Shown here in pieces: positions 49,091-63,235 of a stretch of 64,000 nt of DNA; within the stretch, counting starts at the first letter, position 1; every line of letters begins with the position of its first letter. The stretch lies in the NCBI GenBank assembly GCA_964016885.1, contig OZ024745.1, forward strand, positions 116,560,001 to 116,624,000. The letters run 5' to 3'. This DNA is from Eledone cirrhosa (Eukaryota). The notes under the pieces are model-generated. The model worked only from the letters and a program-made list of their open reading frames with translations. It did no database searches and was not told where the DNA came from. The position numbers and the translations under genes were made by a program.

Positions 49091-49372
49091 GTGGGAAAGT
49101 GAAAAAATCGGAGAATAGACCGTTAAAACATGTTTATTCAAAACAGCACCTACGTACGTTTCGCCCAGTTGGGCTTCTCAGGGGCATAAATAATCAAAAG
49201 TGTTCCGTATATTCCGAGCAATATAAGGAACACTTTTGATTATTTATGCCCTTGAGAAACCCAACTGGGCGAAACGTACGTAGGTGCTGTTTTAAATAAA
49301 CATGTTTTAACGGTCTATTCTCCGATTTTTTACTTTCCCACGTGCTTACGCTCTGCTAACTCTCTAGCCCAC
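49090..49372. mobile_element. Fold-back mini-element family P3 with a hammerhead-like motif
   Basis: Inverted arms of about 120 bp; CTGAGAA-GCCCAACTGGGC-GAAACGTACGTA-GGTGC then AATAAA; unpaired tail of about 30 nt. Confidence 0.78.
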
Positions 49373-49559
49373 TAAATATTAACACTTCGAATATTTAATA
49401 CTGCCGGCACTAGTATCGAGCACCTTTGGCATACGCTACTTGGCAAATAACTATATGTATCACCTATCCTCCCCTTTTTTTCTCTTTCTCGATACGTAAA
49501 TACTGTATATATATATAAATACTGTATATATATATAAATACTGTATATATATATAAATA

Positions 49560-49599
<40 letters not shown>

Positions 49600-49600
<1 letters not shown>

Positions 49601-50240
49601 GAAAAGAATGAAATGAAATTTCCTTTCTCACTCTTAGTACGGCTGATACTTAAATGTAAGTATGTATACGTACATACATATATGTATACAGACGTACAGT
49701 AGTATGTATATATATACATACATGCACACACATATATATATATATATTTACGTATGCGTTTACCGAACATTTATTATAATGTTCGGTTTGTCTGTAAACA
49801 ATCAGCCCGAATTACGCCGTACAGTGTTCGGCAACCATCGTCGCCCTTTTGTTCAACACTGACAAAGGAACGATGAACTAGTTTCAAGCTTATTAGCTAT
49901 CGTCAGCATCGTATACCTTCATCTCAGATGATTGAACGTTTGAAAATATATACTTTCCTTATGCATATTAACGGCTGAGTAGCCTAATTTGCATATCGAG
50001 TGAGTTAGTCAGCCGAGCGTAGCGAAAATGATAAATGGAAAAAATGAACTTTCATTTCTCACTCTTAGTATGGCTGATACTTAAATATAAGTATGTATAC
50101 GTACATACATATATGTATAAAGACGTACAGTAGTATGTATATACATACATACATGCACACATTTATATATGTACGTATGGGATAACCGAACATTTATTAT
50201 AATGCTCGGTTTGTTTGTAAACAAACAGCCCGAATTATCA
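49600..50240 (+). repeat. Direct repeat pair of about 200 bp (49600-49815 and 50035-50237)
   Basis: TTTCTCACTCTTAGTAYGGCTGATACTTAAAT...ACCGAACATTTATTATAATG...CAGCCCGAATTA occurs twice. Confidence 0.8.
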
Positions 50241-50284
50241 TGTTAATGTTGATATTTGCTGTAATGAGGGAGCTGCAATTGTTG

Positions 50285-50416
50285 ATCCCTAGATCATCCA
50301 TAGCTATACAAACCTCAGATCAAATGTTTATCCCTAGATCAGCCATAGCCAAACAAACCTCAGATCAAATGTTTATCCCTTGATCAGGCATAGCTTTACA
50401 AACTTAAGATCAAATG
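50285..50416 (+). repeat. 45-bp tandem repeat x3
   Basis: ATCCCTAGATCAKCCATAGC...ACAAACCTCAGATCAAATGTTT starting at 50285, 50330 and 50375. Confidence 0.85.
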
Positions 50417-53400
50417 CCTACTAGCCATAACTTGTTTTGAAAATTGCTTGTCAATGACTATCTTATCGAATATTCCTCTCTCTTTTTAAAACGGTAAGTT
50501 GTATTTTTGCAAACTACAGCGGCTCCCACATTTTTACCATCGTGACCCACTTTGGAAACTCAATAATCCTCTGCACACTTATTTTTCCATATTGAAATTA
50601 ATGAAACTTCCAAACAATTAATATTCTTTATATTTGCCGATAAGAATGTTCCTCGAAATATTCCTGTTATTGGTTGCAATAAATGAGTGTATTGTAGCCG
50701 ATATATTCACTGTTTATTGTTTAATATATTTCTGTTATATTCCATATTTTATTCAAATATCTTTAAAGTAACTGATTTTGTTTTTGCCACTCCTTCAGAT
50801 ATAGTGGTAGACTTAATTTGTCGTTTACTTTAACACCACTATCTTGTTTTTTGGTAGTCCCGAGTGGAGGAAACCAATTAGTCTAGGTTTTGAGTTTGAA
50901 AATAACTTGCATTTTTCAATAATCAAAGAGGTGATGAAGATTCTGGGCGCTTTCATTCCCTTCGTAACTGCAGGATAGAAATGCTGCGACTCATTTTTGG
51001 AAACGATGGACGTAGAGGCACCTCACTGGCTACACCATGGTGTATAAATCATTTGGTAAGAGTTGTTGTCAAATACACTGTCTGTTAATCTCTCCTCTCT
51101 CTCTTTATCTTTCTATTAAGCTAACTCCCCTTTTCTAACTTTCTATTCATCTATCATTAGTTTACGTCTTGACTAAATATATGTTCATATATAAAGGTAA
51201 TAATATTTACTTTCTCCCATAACTTCCTGTACATTATCCATGAAAAATATCAGGAGGTTCCTTAAGTACAAATAATTATATTCCGTGAATTTAATGGAAA
51301 GAAAAATCGATATCTTGAGTTTTTTTCTACTGAATAATCAAACATTAGTTACTCTTTCTTTTTTCCGTGGCTGTGTGTGTTTGTGTGTGTTTGTGTGTGA
51401 TTGTGTGTATGTGTGTGTGTCGGTGTGCGTGTGTGTGTGCGTGTGTTGTACGTGTGAGTGTGAGTGTGTGTTTCCGACTGCAAGTGGATGAGGGTGTGTG
51501 CATGAATGGATGTGTGGTGCGTGTAATTTTACATGTAATCTTTACAGTATTTTTTGGAATAACAAAATACTGTTACTCGTTTTAACGTAGTTAAAGACTT
51601 TTGTAAAACTATAACTCATCCATTATTATTTAAGCTAAAATCTTTCATTTATATTATGAGAATCAAAGAAATAGTGTATGTACCAATGTTAAATCGAATT
51701 ATACAGATTTGAAGAAGTTTGCTAAATCTTTTGAGTATGGATGGCGATAGTGAATATAAATTTAAATGTATGTAGTCAATCAATTACACACTCTGGTACC
51801 AATATGTACTTAGTATAATATATATATATATATACCATGAATGTGTATTGCTTAATTGGCGCCATTCTAGTATTGTGTTTCAGGTATTTCGTTTCAAATA
51901 CCATAGGATCCACTTTATATGAGTTCCGGTGCATACAATTAAACCATCAAATATTTTTTATATAATTACAGAATATAATTGTAAATTTACCTTACCAGAA
52001 CTCCATTACTTATTAACTGATCTGTATTTCCAGTTGAAGCCACCTGACTCACCTTCGACATTGCTAGATAAACGCACTCTACATTATTTCGCTATTATAT
52101 TACAATTCCTACGAAGAACTTCATACGTTGATGTGTAATTCATTTCTTTCTTATTTTATAATAAGTGTGCCACTAATAAAATGTTACACGTGCCGGATGA
52201 TTTAAGGAGTGTCGTAACTTTATTAACCAACATTGTACAACTTATTTTTTTGAAGGATCTGTATGCTATTATTGTTCCCTGGCAAATTATCTAATCCATC
52301 TAGCTTTACCATGTACTGATTCACAGCTAATTGCTAATTATAGCAGTAGGGATATTATACGAGCGATCTATATTAACTAGGCGTAAATGCAATTATATGT
52401 TTAGTGGGCGAAAGAAAGGATCTTATTTCAGATGTTGTTTATGAGAAGAGTTAATGAAGGTAAATGTGATCAGTATGCCATGTTACAGTTTTAATTTGCG
52501 GGAATAGAGTAGTCCATTATCTTGCAAATGAGTTTCCTTACAGGAAATCTCACAGTACATATGAAATTTGTGATCAGTGTTTACCTATGAGCCTAATAAA
52601 TTATGGCACTCACCAATACCACCAGTATACGACAAAATAAAATCCTATGGATTCTAATTTAAGGAATCTGAAAATCTGAACATTATGACAATAAATCTAT
52701 TCTAATTAATAATAGCAATATGTGCCTCATTAAATATATCTCATGTTTGTGATGGCGTGTATTTGTCGAAAGCTTCAGTTCTAGTTAATTTGAAATAAAA
52801 ACACTGGAACGTTTTTACTAACATCAACACTCCACTTTAACAAAAGACAATATTTTATCTTCATTTGTCGTTCGCTGCCATATGTATTGTATTTCAACAT
52901 AATGGATAACAGCGTTCGAAGCTGAAACAAAATTTAAATAAAAGATTTCTGCTATTATACCAACATACATCCAGGAATTTTTTATCTAGTTGATAAATAC
53001 ATATCTGAATTAACTTTTTGTTAAATAACAGAATTGTGTTTTATTTATTCTGTTAAATAACAGAATAAATAAAACACAATTCAACGGTGAAACGTATTTT
53101 CTTTATAAAATCAGATGAAGATCTCTTCTACTTATGATTTAAAAACTCATCAAAGATGTAAATGGAAATATCCATTAATAACTCGAATGAAAATGGAAGT
53201 CATCAGAAAATATGGTGAGAGAAGCTAGCCTGAATTACCAAACACCTCTCCTGAATATTGACTACGACCGGAAATTGCAGTTAAGAAGCGAAAGTGAAGT
53301 GCACTTACTAAACTGGGAGTCATACCTGAATATCCAAACTTAATTCTCCAGTAGCTTAACATTACAAAGGTTTGCACTAAAACATAATACACATTAATAA

Positions 53401-53659
53401 ATGCCAATCTCTTGAAATATGACAAAATTGAAAGAAGAATAACTGATCAACATTTGAATGACATTTGGAGAGATTTCTTCTTACACATAAAACGAGTGAA
53501 AGCTCTCCTAACCTTGCATATAATAACTAAAGAGGGGAATGTAAAAATACAGCATTCTCGTAGTTGAATAGCAACAGGAAATAGAGTGATAGTCACTATA
53601 CACACACACAGACACACACACAGACACACACACTTACATATATTTGCCCATTATACAGG

Positions 53660-54830
53660 ATCAAATCATGGAATAGCTTAGATAGAACTAAACATAAGAT
53701 AGGGAAAGACACCTCATGGTACAATAACCAGAGATACCAGAGTGTCATGTTCGTGCACGCTACACCTGGAGGAAAATTAGCTAACCAATGGAGAAAGGCC
53801 CTGAGAAAGAGCCACTTAAAGATTAAAGTGGTAGAAAAGCCAGGAACTACCATCAAATCCCTGATCAGCAAAACATACCCTTTTAAGAAAACCCACTCTA
53901 CTAATTGGAAATATGTTATATGTAAAGTAAACCCCCGGATAAACTGTAAAACTAGAAATGTAGTCTATAGCAGAAAATGTACAGAGGGTACTTGCAGAAA
54001 CATGACAACAACAAACATCGGCGAGACATTTCGAAGCATAGGATAAAGGATAGACCAACACTAAGGGGAACTAAAAGGACGAAAAAATGGTTCAGTACTA
54101 TACGAACACGCCAGACAACAACATGACGGTAACATAGACAACATAGAAATTAAAATAATATCTAACATAGAAATGACCCAGCAGGTAGGCAAATCAGAGA
54201 GGCAAGCGAAATAGAGCTTAGAAAACCAAAGCTAAACAGAAAAAATGAATGGAATAACAACACCCAAACAAACAATACTGACTTGAGAGAAATATAAATA
54301 AATAAATAAAAAAATAAATAAATAAATAAATAAATAAATACACAAGCAGAATAATAACAAACACATATAAACACACACTAATAAACTAAGATAGAATAAA
54401 ATAACAAAAACACAGTCACCCAAACGCGAACACACACACCAAACACTATACACACACGCAAATGCATGCGCAGAGAAAAAGACAAAAATGAATAAATAAA
54501 TAAATAAATAAACAGATAAAATAAAAATGACGTAGACATACAATACAACATGAGGAAACATAATAGTACCACTGGTGATGTTGCAAACAGTGAGTGTGTT
54601 CTGTTATTATTTCTGGCAATATTATTACATTGGAAATATCGGTAGAGGGTTGGACGCCATGCTTTCTAGCATAGTTACGGCCCTTTACAGTCTGAGTTCA
54701 AATCCCGCCGAGGTTAACTTTGCTTTTCATCCTTAAGGGGTCGATAAAATAAAGTACCAGTAATGTACTGTGTAATTGCTGGCCTTGTGCCTAAAGTAGA
54801 AACAATTATTACAACAATATGACCCCCCCC
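53660..54830 (+). mobile_element. Decayed PLE (Neptune-like): Cys-rich linker, GIY-YIG and 3' UTR
   Basis: CKTRNVVYSRKCTEGTC...NIGETFRSIG*RIDQH...SVLYEHARQQHDG...RQIREASEIELRKPKLNRKNEW, with stops. The 3' UTR matches 4740-5280. Confidence 0.78.
54636..54810 (+). mobile_element. Family A SINE nested in the 3' end of a PLE
   Basis: Interrupts GGCAATATTATTACA|CAAATATGACCCC (uninterrupted at 5246-5276), with ATTATTACA duplicated. Confidence 0.85.
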
Positions 54831-54944
54831 CCGTATATATATATATAAATACACACACTCACCCTCCCCCCATATATATATATATGGGAGGGGTGAGTGT
54901 GTGTGTGTGTATATATATGTATATACAGTATACATATATATACA

Positions 54945-55145
54945 TAAGCCACACGTCGGATTTCGCCTTGCGTATGGCTTGGACTTAGTGATGGCTTTCC
55001 ATTGAATGGAGTAGCCTATACTTGAGTCCTTGAGGGACCATACGTGGCTCGCGAGTTTCGTGGATGAACGCCTGTCCGGGTATCTGAAGGTAGACTGGTG
55101 GTTCGGGAAACGCTCCTTGAATCGGTCCTCCGCCATGCCCACATA
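54945..55145 (-). mobile_element. PLE GIY-YIG endonuclease fragment
   Basis: GMAEDRFKERFPNHQSTFRYPDRRSSTKLASHVWSLKDSSIGYSIQWKAITKSKPYARRNPTCGLC. Confidence 0.75.
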
Positions 55146-55147
55146 GG

Positions 55148-55192
<45 letters not shown>

Positions 55193-55808
55193 GAAAATAG
55201 AGAAATTAATGTAAGCAAGAAGCCAACAGTAATTCAGACATATAAGTGACTATTACGTCAAGATGAAAAATATTTAACGTAAGATATGGGTAAATAATTT
55301 AATCCCAATTCAAAACAAGTCAAGACCAGAAATTTTATCCACAGATTTTGTGTAATCCGGGGAAAATACCAATAGAATCTTAATTCAAAATAAAATTAAG
55401 AATAAATACTTATCGGTCCATTTGGAAAAATCTACGAATGCATTATATAGTCTTAAAAATACTATTCCACGAAACTTTCCAGAGGAGTTAGTCACGGTTG
55501 GAATCGTTCCTCAGTAGTGTTCCACAACGTTAACAAAGAACCACAGCTAAAATATGCCAAAGGGGAATTTAAAAGCAGGCTAGTCAAACCTCGTGTGGAA
55601 TTGGATTAATAAACACACATGGAGACAAGGCTAGTGACGTCAGAATGAGACGAATGTCCGTTTACAAGAAACGGCAGTCAAAACATCCCGAAAAAAAAAC
55701 TCAACAAAAGATATGGAGTTCAGCATAAAGCAATATTAACGCGGTTTTTTTTTTTAAACCGGGATTAGTCACGAATAATTTTAAGCACTCAATATATATA
55801 TATATATA

Positions 55809-56353
55809 TTAGTAAAAAGAAAAGAAAATGTTGACAAATTTTTCCTAGTGAAAAAAAGTTTAATTAGGAATAAGTAAAAATTAGTAATAAGTATTGGTTA
55901 GTATTCAGTTTTAGTTTTAAGCTGTTACCAGTTGCGCATTTCTAATGCTTTTCAAAAATAATTTTGAGATAGAGCGCCCGTGATGTTTGCTCTAATCGGA
56001 TCAGTTTTGGAAATTTTACCTGTTTTATGTGAAAAAAGTGGCTCCAGAGATATTAAGATTTGGTTGGTTGTTGTCTTAATACCTCTGGAGCCACTTTTTT
56101 CACATAAAACAGGTAGAATTTCCAAAACTGATCAGATTAGAGCAAACATCACGGGCGCTCTATCTCAAAATTATTTTTGAAAAGCATTAGAAATGCGCAA
56201 CCGGTAAAAACTTAAAACTAAAACTGAATACTAACCAATACTTATTATTAATTTTTACTTATTCCTAATTAAACTATTTTTCACTGGGAAAAATTTGTCA
56301 GCATTTTCTTTTCCTTTTACTAATATATCACAACTCGTGTGTTACACCTCTAT

Positions 56354-56360
<7 letters not shown>
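55809..56360. mobile_element. Fold-back mini-element family P1 (copy 3)
   Basis: Inverted arms of about 250 bp, short spacer, same tail, (TA)n on both sides. Confidence 0.85.
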
Positions 56361-56391
<31 letters not shown>

Positions 56392-56864
56392 TATATATAA
56401 TATATGTAGAAATAGACACAGTAAATTGTGTCTAAAATTACGAGGGTTAAAATACCACATTGGTTTGATAAATTTAACCTGAAGCAAATGTAAGATATAT
56501 AATATATATACAGACCGTCTCAATAACTATTTCATCTCTCGGACAGATTAGAAATTTAATCTGTTTCGCCCTGAAAAGTGTCTTTGTAACAGATACTCCG
56601 TAGGCTTTCCTCGGCGAGAGATAAGATCAAATGTAACAAACACATACAACTACAAGCCACACGAATGAATATCTCACCTCGTGCGCTGGACTTTAGAAGT
56701 GGTGTGAGTCGATATGCTAAAAATAATAGCCTTAATACACCCAACTTATAAGCTCACCTAGTTAGGGAGCCGAAATACAAATAAAATACAGAGTTACTAA
56801 CTCATGTTGATACCCTGTAATTAACAAGCTCAAAGTATAAATACTGAGCATTATATAAATACTC

Positions 56865-56965
56865 AGAGGTTAACTTTGCCTTTCATCCTTACGGGGTCGA
56901 TAAAATAAAGTACCAGTAATACACTGGGATAATTGCTAGCCTTGTGCCTAAAGTAGAAACAATTA
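56865..56965 (+). mobile_element. 5'-truncated family A SINE with an 18-bp TSD
   Basis: ATACTGAGCATTATATAA at 56841-56858 and 56973-56990. Confidence 0.85.
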
Positions 56966-57023
56966 CATATATATACTGAGCATTATATAATATCAATATG
57001 AGTTAGTAACTCTGTATTTTATT

Positions 57024-57078
<55 letters not shown>

Positions 57079-57083
<5 letters not shown>

Positions 57084-57310
57084 ATATCAATAAATGGAAA
57101 CTATATTTATAAAACCATAATTATTTTATTATATATATTTCAAGGGCGACCAAGGTAAATTATGGTGTGCTTTCATCAGATAAAATACAGATTTGTTTTA
57201 TAAATAAATATTGACATACCCTTGAAATATAAAATAATTATGGTTTTATAAATATAGTTTCCATTTATTAATATATTGTATATTTACTCCACTAACTTGT
57301 TGAGTGCTTT
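57079..57310. mobile_element. Fold-back mini-element family P2 (copy 2), hammerhead on the minus strand at about 57123-57189
   Basis: Homologous to 13168-13290; minus strand CTGATGA...CCTTGAAATATATATAATAAAATA. Confidence 0.75.
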
Positions 57311-57370
57311 ATATCAGTTATAAAATTGTTTAAGCTTGTTGAATCCCAACAAATTAAATATAACCTCTGC

Positions 57371-57454
<84 letters not shown>

Positions 57455-57599
57455 ATATATATGTATATGTATATATATATCTATATACATATATATCTAT
57501 ATAGTCACAGATCATAAACAGTTCATCATATTCATAAAATAATTTTCAATTTACTTTAACACAAACAAATCTACATCAAACCAACTGAAGCCGATATAA

Positions 57600-60500
57600 T
57601 CTATAACACTTCCATCAAATTACCCTCTAGACACATACAACAGTAACACCCCTAACCCCTTCTACACTGTACCTACATCACCATCTAGATACTTACTACA
57701 GTAAAACCCCTTGTCCCTTCTACACTGTATCTACATCAACCCCAACACAAATACTACAGAAACAGCCCTAGCCTCTTCAGTAATGTACCCACATCCTCCT
57801 CTAGATACATAGTACACAAGATCTACAGTAAAACCCCTAACCCATTCAAAACTGTACCCACATCCCCATCTAGATACATACTACACAAGATCTATAGTAA
57901 AACCCCTAACCCCTTTCAACATTTTCCCTACATCACCATCTAGACACATAGTACACAAGATCTATAGTAAAACCCCTAACCCCTTTCAACACTATCCCCA
58001 CATCACCATCTAGACACATAGTACACAAGATCTATAGTAAAACCCCTAACCCCTTTCAACACTATCCCCACATCACCATCTAGACACATAGTACACACTA
58101 TCTATAGTAAAACCCCTAACCCCTTTCAACACTATCCCCACATCACCATCTAGACACATAGTACACAAGATCTATAGTAAAACCCCTAACCCCTTTCAAC
58201 ACTATCCCCACATCACCATCTAGACACATAGTACACAAGATCTATAGTAAAACCCCTAACCCCTTTCAACACTATCCCCACATCACCATCTAGACACATA
58301 GTACACACTATCTATAGTAAAACCCCTAACCCCTTTCAACACTATCCCCACATCACCATCTAGACACATAGTACACACTATCTATAGTAAAACCCCTAAC
58401 CCCTTTCAACACTATCCCCACATCACCATCTAGACACATAGTACACAAGATCTATAGTAAAACCCCTAACCCCTTTCAACACTATCCCCACATCACCATC
58501 TAGACACATAGTACACACTATCTATAGTAAAACCCCTAACCCCTTTCAACACTATCCCCACATCACCATCTAGACACATAGTACACAAGATCTATAGTAA
58601 AACCCCTAACCCCTTTCAACACTATCCCCACATCACCATCTAGACACATAGTACACAAGATCTATAGTAAAACCCCTAACCCCTTTCAACACTATCCCCA
58701 CATCACCATCTAGACACATAGTACACACTATCTATAGTAAAACCCCTAACCCCTTTCAACACTATCCCCACATCACCATCTAGACACATAGTACACACTA
58801 TCTATAGTAAAACCCCTAACCCCTTTCAACACTATCCCCACATCACCATCTAGACACATAGTACACACTATCTATAGTAAAACCCCTAACCCCTTTCAAC
58901 ACTATCCCCACATCACCATCTAGACACATAGTACACAAGATCTATAGTAAAACCCCTAACCCCTTTCAACACTATCCCCACATCACCATCTAGACACATA
59001 GTACACAAGATCTATAGTAAAACCCCTAACGCCTTTCAACACTATCCCCACATCACCATCTAGACACATAGTACACAAGATCTATAGTAAAACCCCTAAC
59101 CCCTTTCAACACTATCCCCACATCACCATCTAGACACATAGTACACAAGATCTATAGTAAAACCCCTAACCCCTTTCAACACTATCCCCACATCACCATC
59201 TAGACACATAGTACACAAGATCTATAGTAAAACCCCTAACGCCTTTCAACACTATCCCCACATCACCATCTAGACACATAGTACACAAGATCTATAGTAA
59301 AACCCCTAACCCCTTTCAACACTATCCCCACATCACCATCTAGACACATAGTACACAAGATCTATAGTAAAACCCCTAACCTCTTTCAACACTATCCCCA
59401 CATCACCATCTAGACACATAGTACACACTATCTATAGTAAAACCCCTAACCCCTTTCAACACTATCCCCACATCACCATCTAGACACATAGTACACAAGA
59501 TCTATAGTAAAACCCCTAACCTCTTTCAACACTATCCCCACATCACCATCTAGACACATAGTACACAAGATCTATAGTAAAACCCCTAACCCCTTTCAAC
59601 ACTATCCCCACATCACCATCTAGACACATAGTTCACAAGATCTATAGTAAAACCCCTAACCCCTTTCAACACTATCCCCACATCACCATCTAGACACATA
59701 GTACACAATATCTATAGTAAAACCCCTAACCCCTTTCAACACTATCCCCACATCACCATCTAGACACATAGTTCACAAGATCTATAGTAAAACCCCTAAC
59801 CCCTTTTAACACTATCCCCACATCACCATCTAGACTCATAGTACACAAGATCTATAGTAAAACCCCTAACCCCTTTCAACACTATCCCCACATCACCATC
59901 TAGATACATACTACACAAGATCTATAGTAAAACCACTAACCCATTCAAAACTGTACCCACATTCTCCATATATACATGCTACACAAGATCGATAGTTAAA
60001 CCCCTAACCCCTTTCAACACTATCCCCACATCCTCCTCTAGATACATGCTACACAAGATCGATAGTTAAACCCCTAACCCCTTTCAACACTATCCCCACA
60101 TCCCCATCCAGACACATAGTACACAAGATCTATAGTAAAACCCCTAACCCCTTTCAACACTATCCCCACATCCCCATCCAGACACATACTACACAAGATC
60201 TATAGTAAAACCCCTAACCCCTTTCAACACTATCCCTACCTCACCATCTAGACACATAGTACACAAGATCTATAGTAAAACCCCTAACCCCTTTCAACAC
60301 TATCCCCACATCCTCCTCTAGATACATAGTACACAAGATCTATAGTAAAACCCCTAACCCCTTTCAACACTATCCCCACATCCTCCTCTAGATACATAGT
60401 ACACAAGATCTATAGTAAAACCCCTAACCCCTTTCAACACTATCCCCACATCCTCCTCTAGATACATACTACACAAGATCTATAGTAAAACCACTAACCC

Positions 60501-60650
60501 ATTCAAAACTGTACCCACATTCTCCATATATACATGCTACACAAGATCGATAGTTAAACCCCTAACCCCTTTCAACACTATCCCCACATCCTCCTCTAGA
60601 TACATGCTACACAAGATCGATAGTTAAACCCCTAACCCCTTTCAACACTA
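57600..60650 (+). repeat. 70-bp tandem satellite/minisatellite, about 40 units
   Basis: Unit GTACACAAGATCTATAGTAAAACCCCTAACCCCTTTCAACACTATCCCCACATCACCATCTAGACACATA. Homogeneous core 57950-59900, diverged edges. Confidence 0.97.
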
Positions 60651-60996
60651 TTCCCGAAATACTTCCAGCAAAATAACCATCAACCCATACCAATTACTGT
60701 TACAGGATAGACGAACGTTATAAGGCTACAGTGTTTGTATTACGTGTTTGTTACCTTGTTTATGTATTGATAAATATATCAAATTATGTTTTTCTGATGG
60801 TTAAGAAAGGCTGCAATCAGAATATAAAGAACTACTATTTAGTTATAAAGCGTTACTCCATTGACAGAATATTTAGATGATCAGACAAATGATGTGAGGA
60901 TGTTTGTGTTCCGAGTTCACTTCTCGCTTCAGTTAAATTTGCATTTCATCTGCACCACTCGACACCGGTTTAATCAACGAAGTAACTAAAATATGT

Positions 60997-61300
60997 GGAG
61001 GCACGTGGCTTAGTATTAAGGGTGTTGGACTTACGTTCATAATATTGTGGGTTCCATTTCTCAGCTGGGTTGTGTGTTGTGTTCTTGAGCACAACACTTC
61101 ATTTCACGTTGCTCCAGTATACTCAGCTGAAAATGAGTACCAGCAATAGCGTAATGAGTACCAGAATACCAGCAAAATGAGTACCTGCGATGGATTATGG
61201 TCCTGTCCAGGAAAGAGTCTTATACTCTGAGTCGCTTCAAGTCACGAAACCAGGATAAGTACCGGTCTGATGAACCTCCTGGCTAAAGACAGACTTTTGA
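60997..61300 (+). mobile_element. tRNA-derived SINE, family B
   Basis: GGAGGCACGTGGCTTAGT (A box), GGGTTCCATTTC (degenerate B box), body GTGTTCTTGAGCACAACACTTCATTTCACGTTGCTCCAG...AAAATGAGTACC. Confidence 0.65.
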
Positions 61301-62815
61301 CTAATCAAATACTGGTGTTAATTCATCTCTATCTCTGTTGTTCTCTCCCAGGATTGGTTAAGCTGTACTATGAGGAGATTGTAGGTTATTAGGGAACAAG
61401 ATGCAAGAGAGTTAAGTAAGGAGCTAGAAACCTTGCTATAAAAGTTGATCATAGAATATTGCATGATTGGCTGGAAAGATTTGCTGTACGTCACGGAACA
61501 GTTAAAAAGATTAACTATAAATATGATGGAAATATTTTAAATTTTAACGCCAAATCTATCACAATATATTCTGGTGAAGATGCAGAATTATCTACAATTT
61601 ACTGTAACAAAACTCTTTTCTTTTCTAATTGATTGGACTCGCGAGAATGAACAATGACAACTGTCTTATAAGTTGAATAATTATCTGTCATTTTAAGTCT
61701 GATTGAGCCACGTAGCCGACTTCAATTACAATACAAGATAACAATACTAACAGTGGATGATATTAAAGAATCTTATCATCTATTTGAAAATCAGAAACAT
61801 TTTTTTTTTACCATTACATTCTCAACATTATGTTATTTAGTTAAATATTTTCAGCGTGCTTTTATTATTTATTTATTTATTATTTAATTATTATGTTGTT
61901 TTTTTGTTCATGTTCAGCCGCTCCTAATCCAATATTGTAAGTATCTAAATGTGACGAGACTATAAACCTAGTTTTACTGACCTAACCTAATACATATATC
62001 TAGTACATGTATCTATGAGTACATTGTGCTATTTAGGTTTAACATTATTTCCACCTAGCTATTGTATCTCACATAATTCATCAACTCTGCCGATATAGAC
62101 AGTTCATGTATTGTACGTGTTGCCTGAAATTTCTCTTCGTCATGTATTTCACATAATCTTCCCGGCTTTCTTTCCCTTCTATTCTCTTCTCAGTGAAATA
62201 ATTTCTTTGTTTCGCTACCAGATGACGAGAACGTGCTCTCCTGCTCAAATTTTTCGACCAATGAAATAAATATTTTATACGTCACTCTATTGTTTTTTGC
62301 TGCTAAAGAAGCTTATGATGTTATTCCATGAAAGGTTTTTAGAACATATATCAATAAATGGGTATTCGATTAGTTAATTAATCTTTAGGTAAGTTGGTTA
62401 ATTAGCAGAATAATTAGTTAGTTGGTTTGTTGGGCAACTATTTGATTACTTCATTACTTAGCCTGTCAGTTTGTTAGTTAATCAATTAATTAATCAGGTA
62501 GTTTGTCAATGAGTTGGTTATTCAATAAATGAATTATTTCGTTTGTAATTTCATTAGTTAATCAGGTAGTCGGTTAATTAAATAACTCGCTACTTTAGGT
62601 AGTGAGTGAGTCAGTTAATTAGTTTGTTAGTAAGCGGTTTTATTAAAGACACCAACAGAAAGGCTGATTTATTAGTAAAACTAAACATATGAAAGGTAAG
62701 TACTTCTATAAGATAACTAATAAATGTTTCATAAATAAGCTATGTGTTTGAGCTATATTAAGTTAGTGTGAAACATAACAATAGAACTAGAGCATTATTG
62801 AATTGTTGGCATTAG

Positions 62816-63006
62816 GGCGGTGGATTGGCAGTATCGGTAGACGGCCGGACGCCATGCTTTGACGCATAGAGTTACGGCCCTTGCCATTCTGAGTTCAAAT
62901 CCCGCCAAGGTTAACTTTACCTTTCGTCCTTACGGGGTCGATAAAATAAAGTACCAGTAATACACTGGTTAATTGCTGGCCTTGTGCCAAAAGTAGAAAC
63001 AATTAT
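62816..63006 (+). mobile_element. Family A SINE, full length
   Basis: GGCGGTGGATTGGCAGTATCGGTAG head through the GTAGAAACAATT tail. Confidence 0.88.
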
Positions 63007-63235
63007 GTTAATCTGCTACGGAGGGAAAACTACGGAAGTAATAATAGTATAAAACAAAAAAGAAGGAGCCGAACGTATTTACACTTAAACATAGGAAATA
63101 AAACTTGAGTATTAATTTCTCTCAAAAGAATCTAATAAACAAAATACCGTTGGTTTAATTACAAATGATGGCACCACTTTTAAAACATGTTCTTCCCTCC
63201 AAGATTACATTTGCACATTTTAATAATCCAGTTAT

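Noticed and set aside
50517-51050. hAT transposon relic (CAGCGGCTCCCAC terminus, faint similarity to a dimerisation domain)
   Set aside because: No matching second TIR, and the translation is too degenerate to support a call.
57600-60650. CRISPR array or coding repeat
   Set aside because: No unique spacers, unit length is not a multiple of 3, eukaryotic context.
62816-62910. tRNA genes at SINE heads
   Set aside because: A/B boxes are present but there is no cloverleaf, and they are always fused to the SINE body and tail.
62960-63006. SINE family A mobilised by the R4-like element
   Set aside because: The SINE tail (GCCTTGTGCCAAAAGTAGAAAC) shows no similarity to the element 3' UTR (...GACTGAGATTCAAGG).
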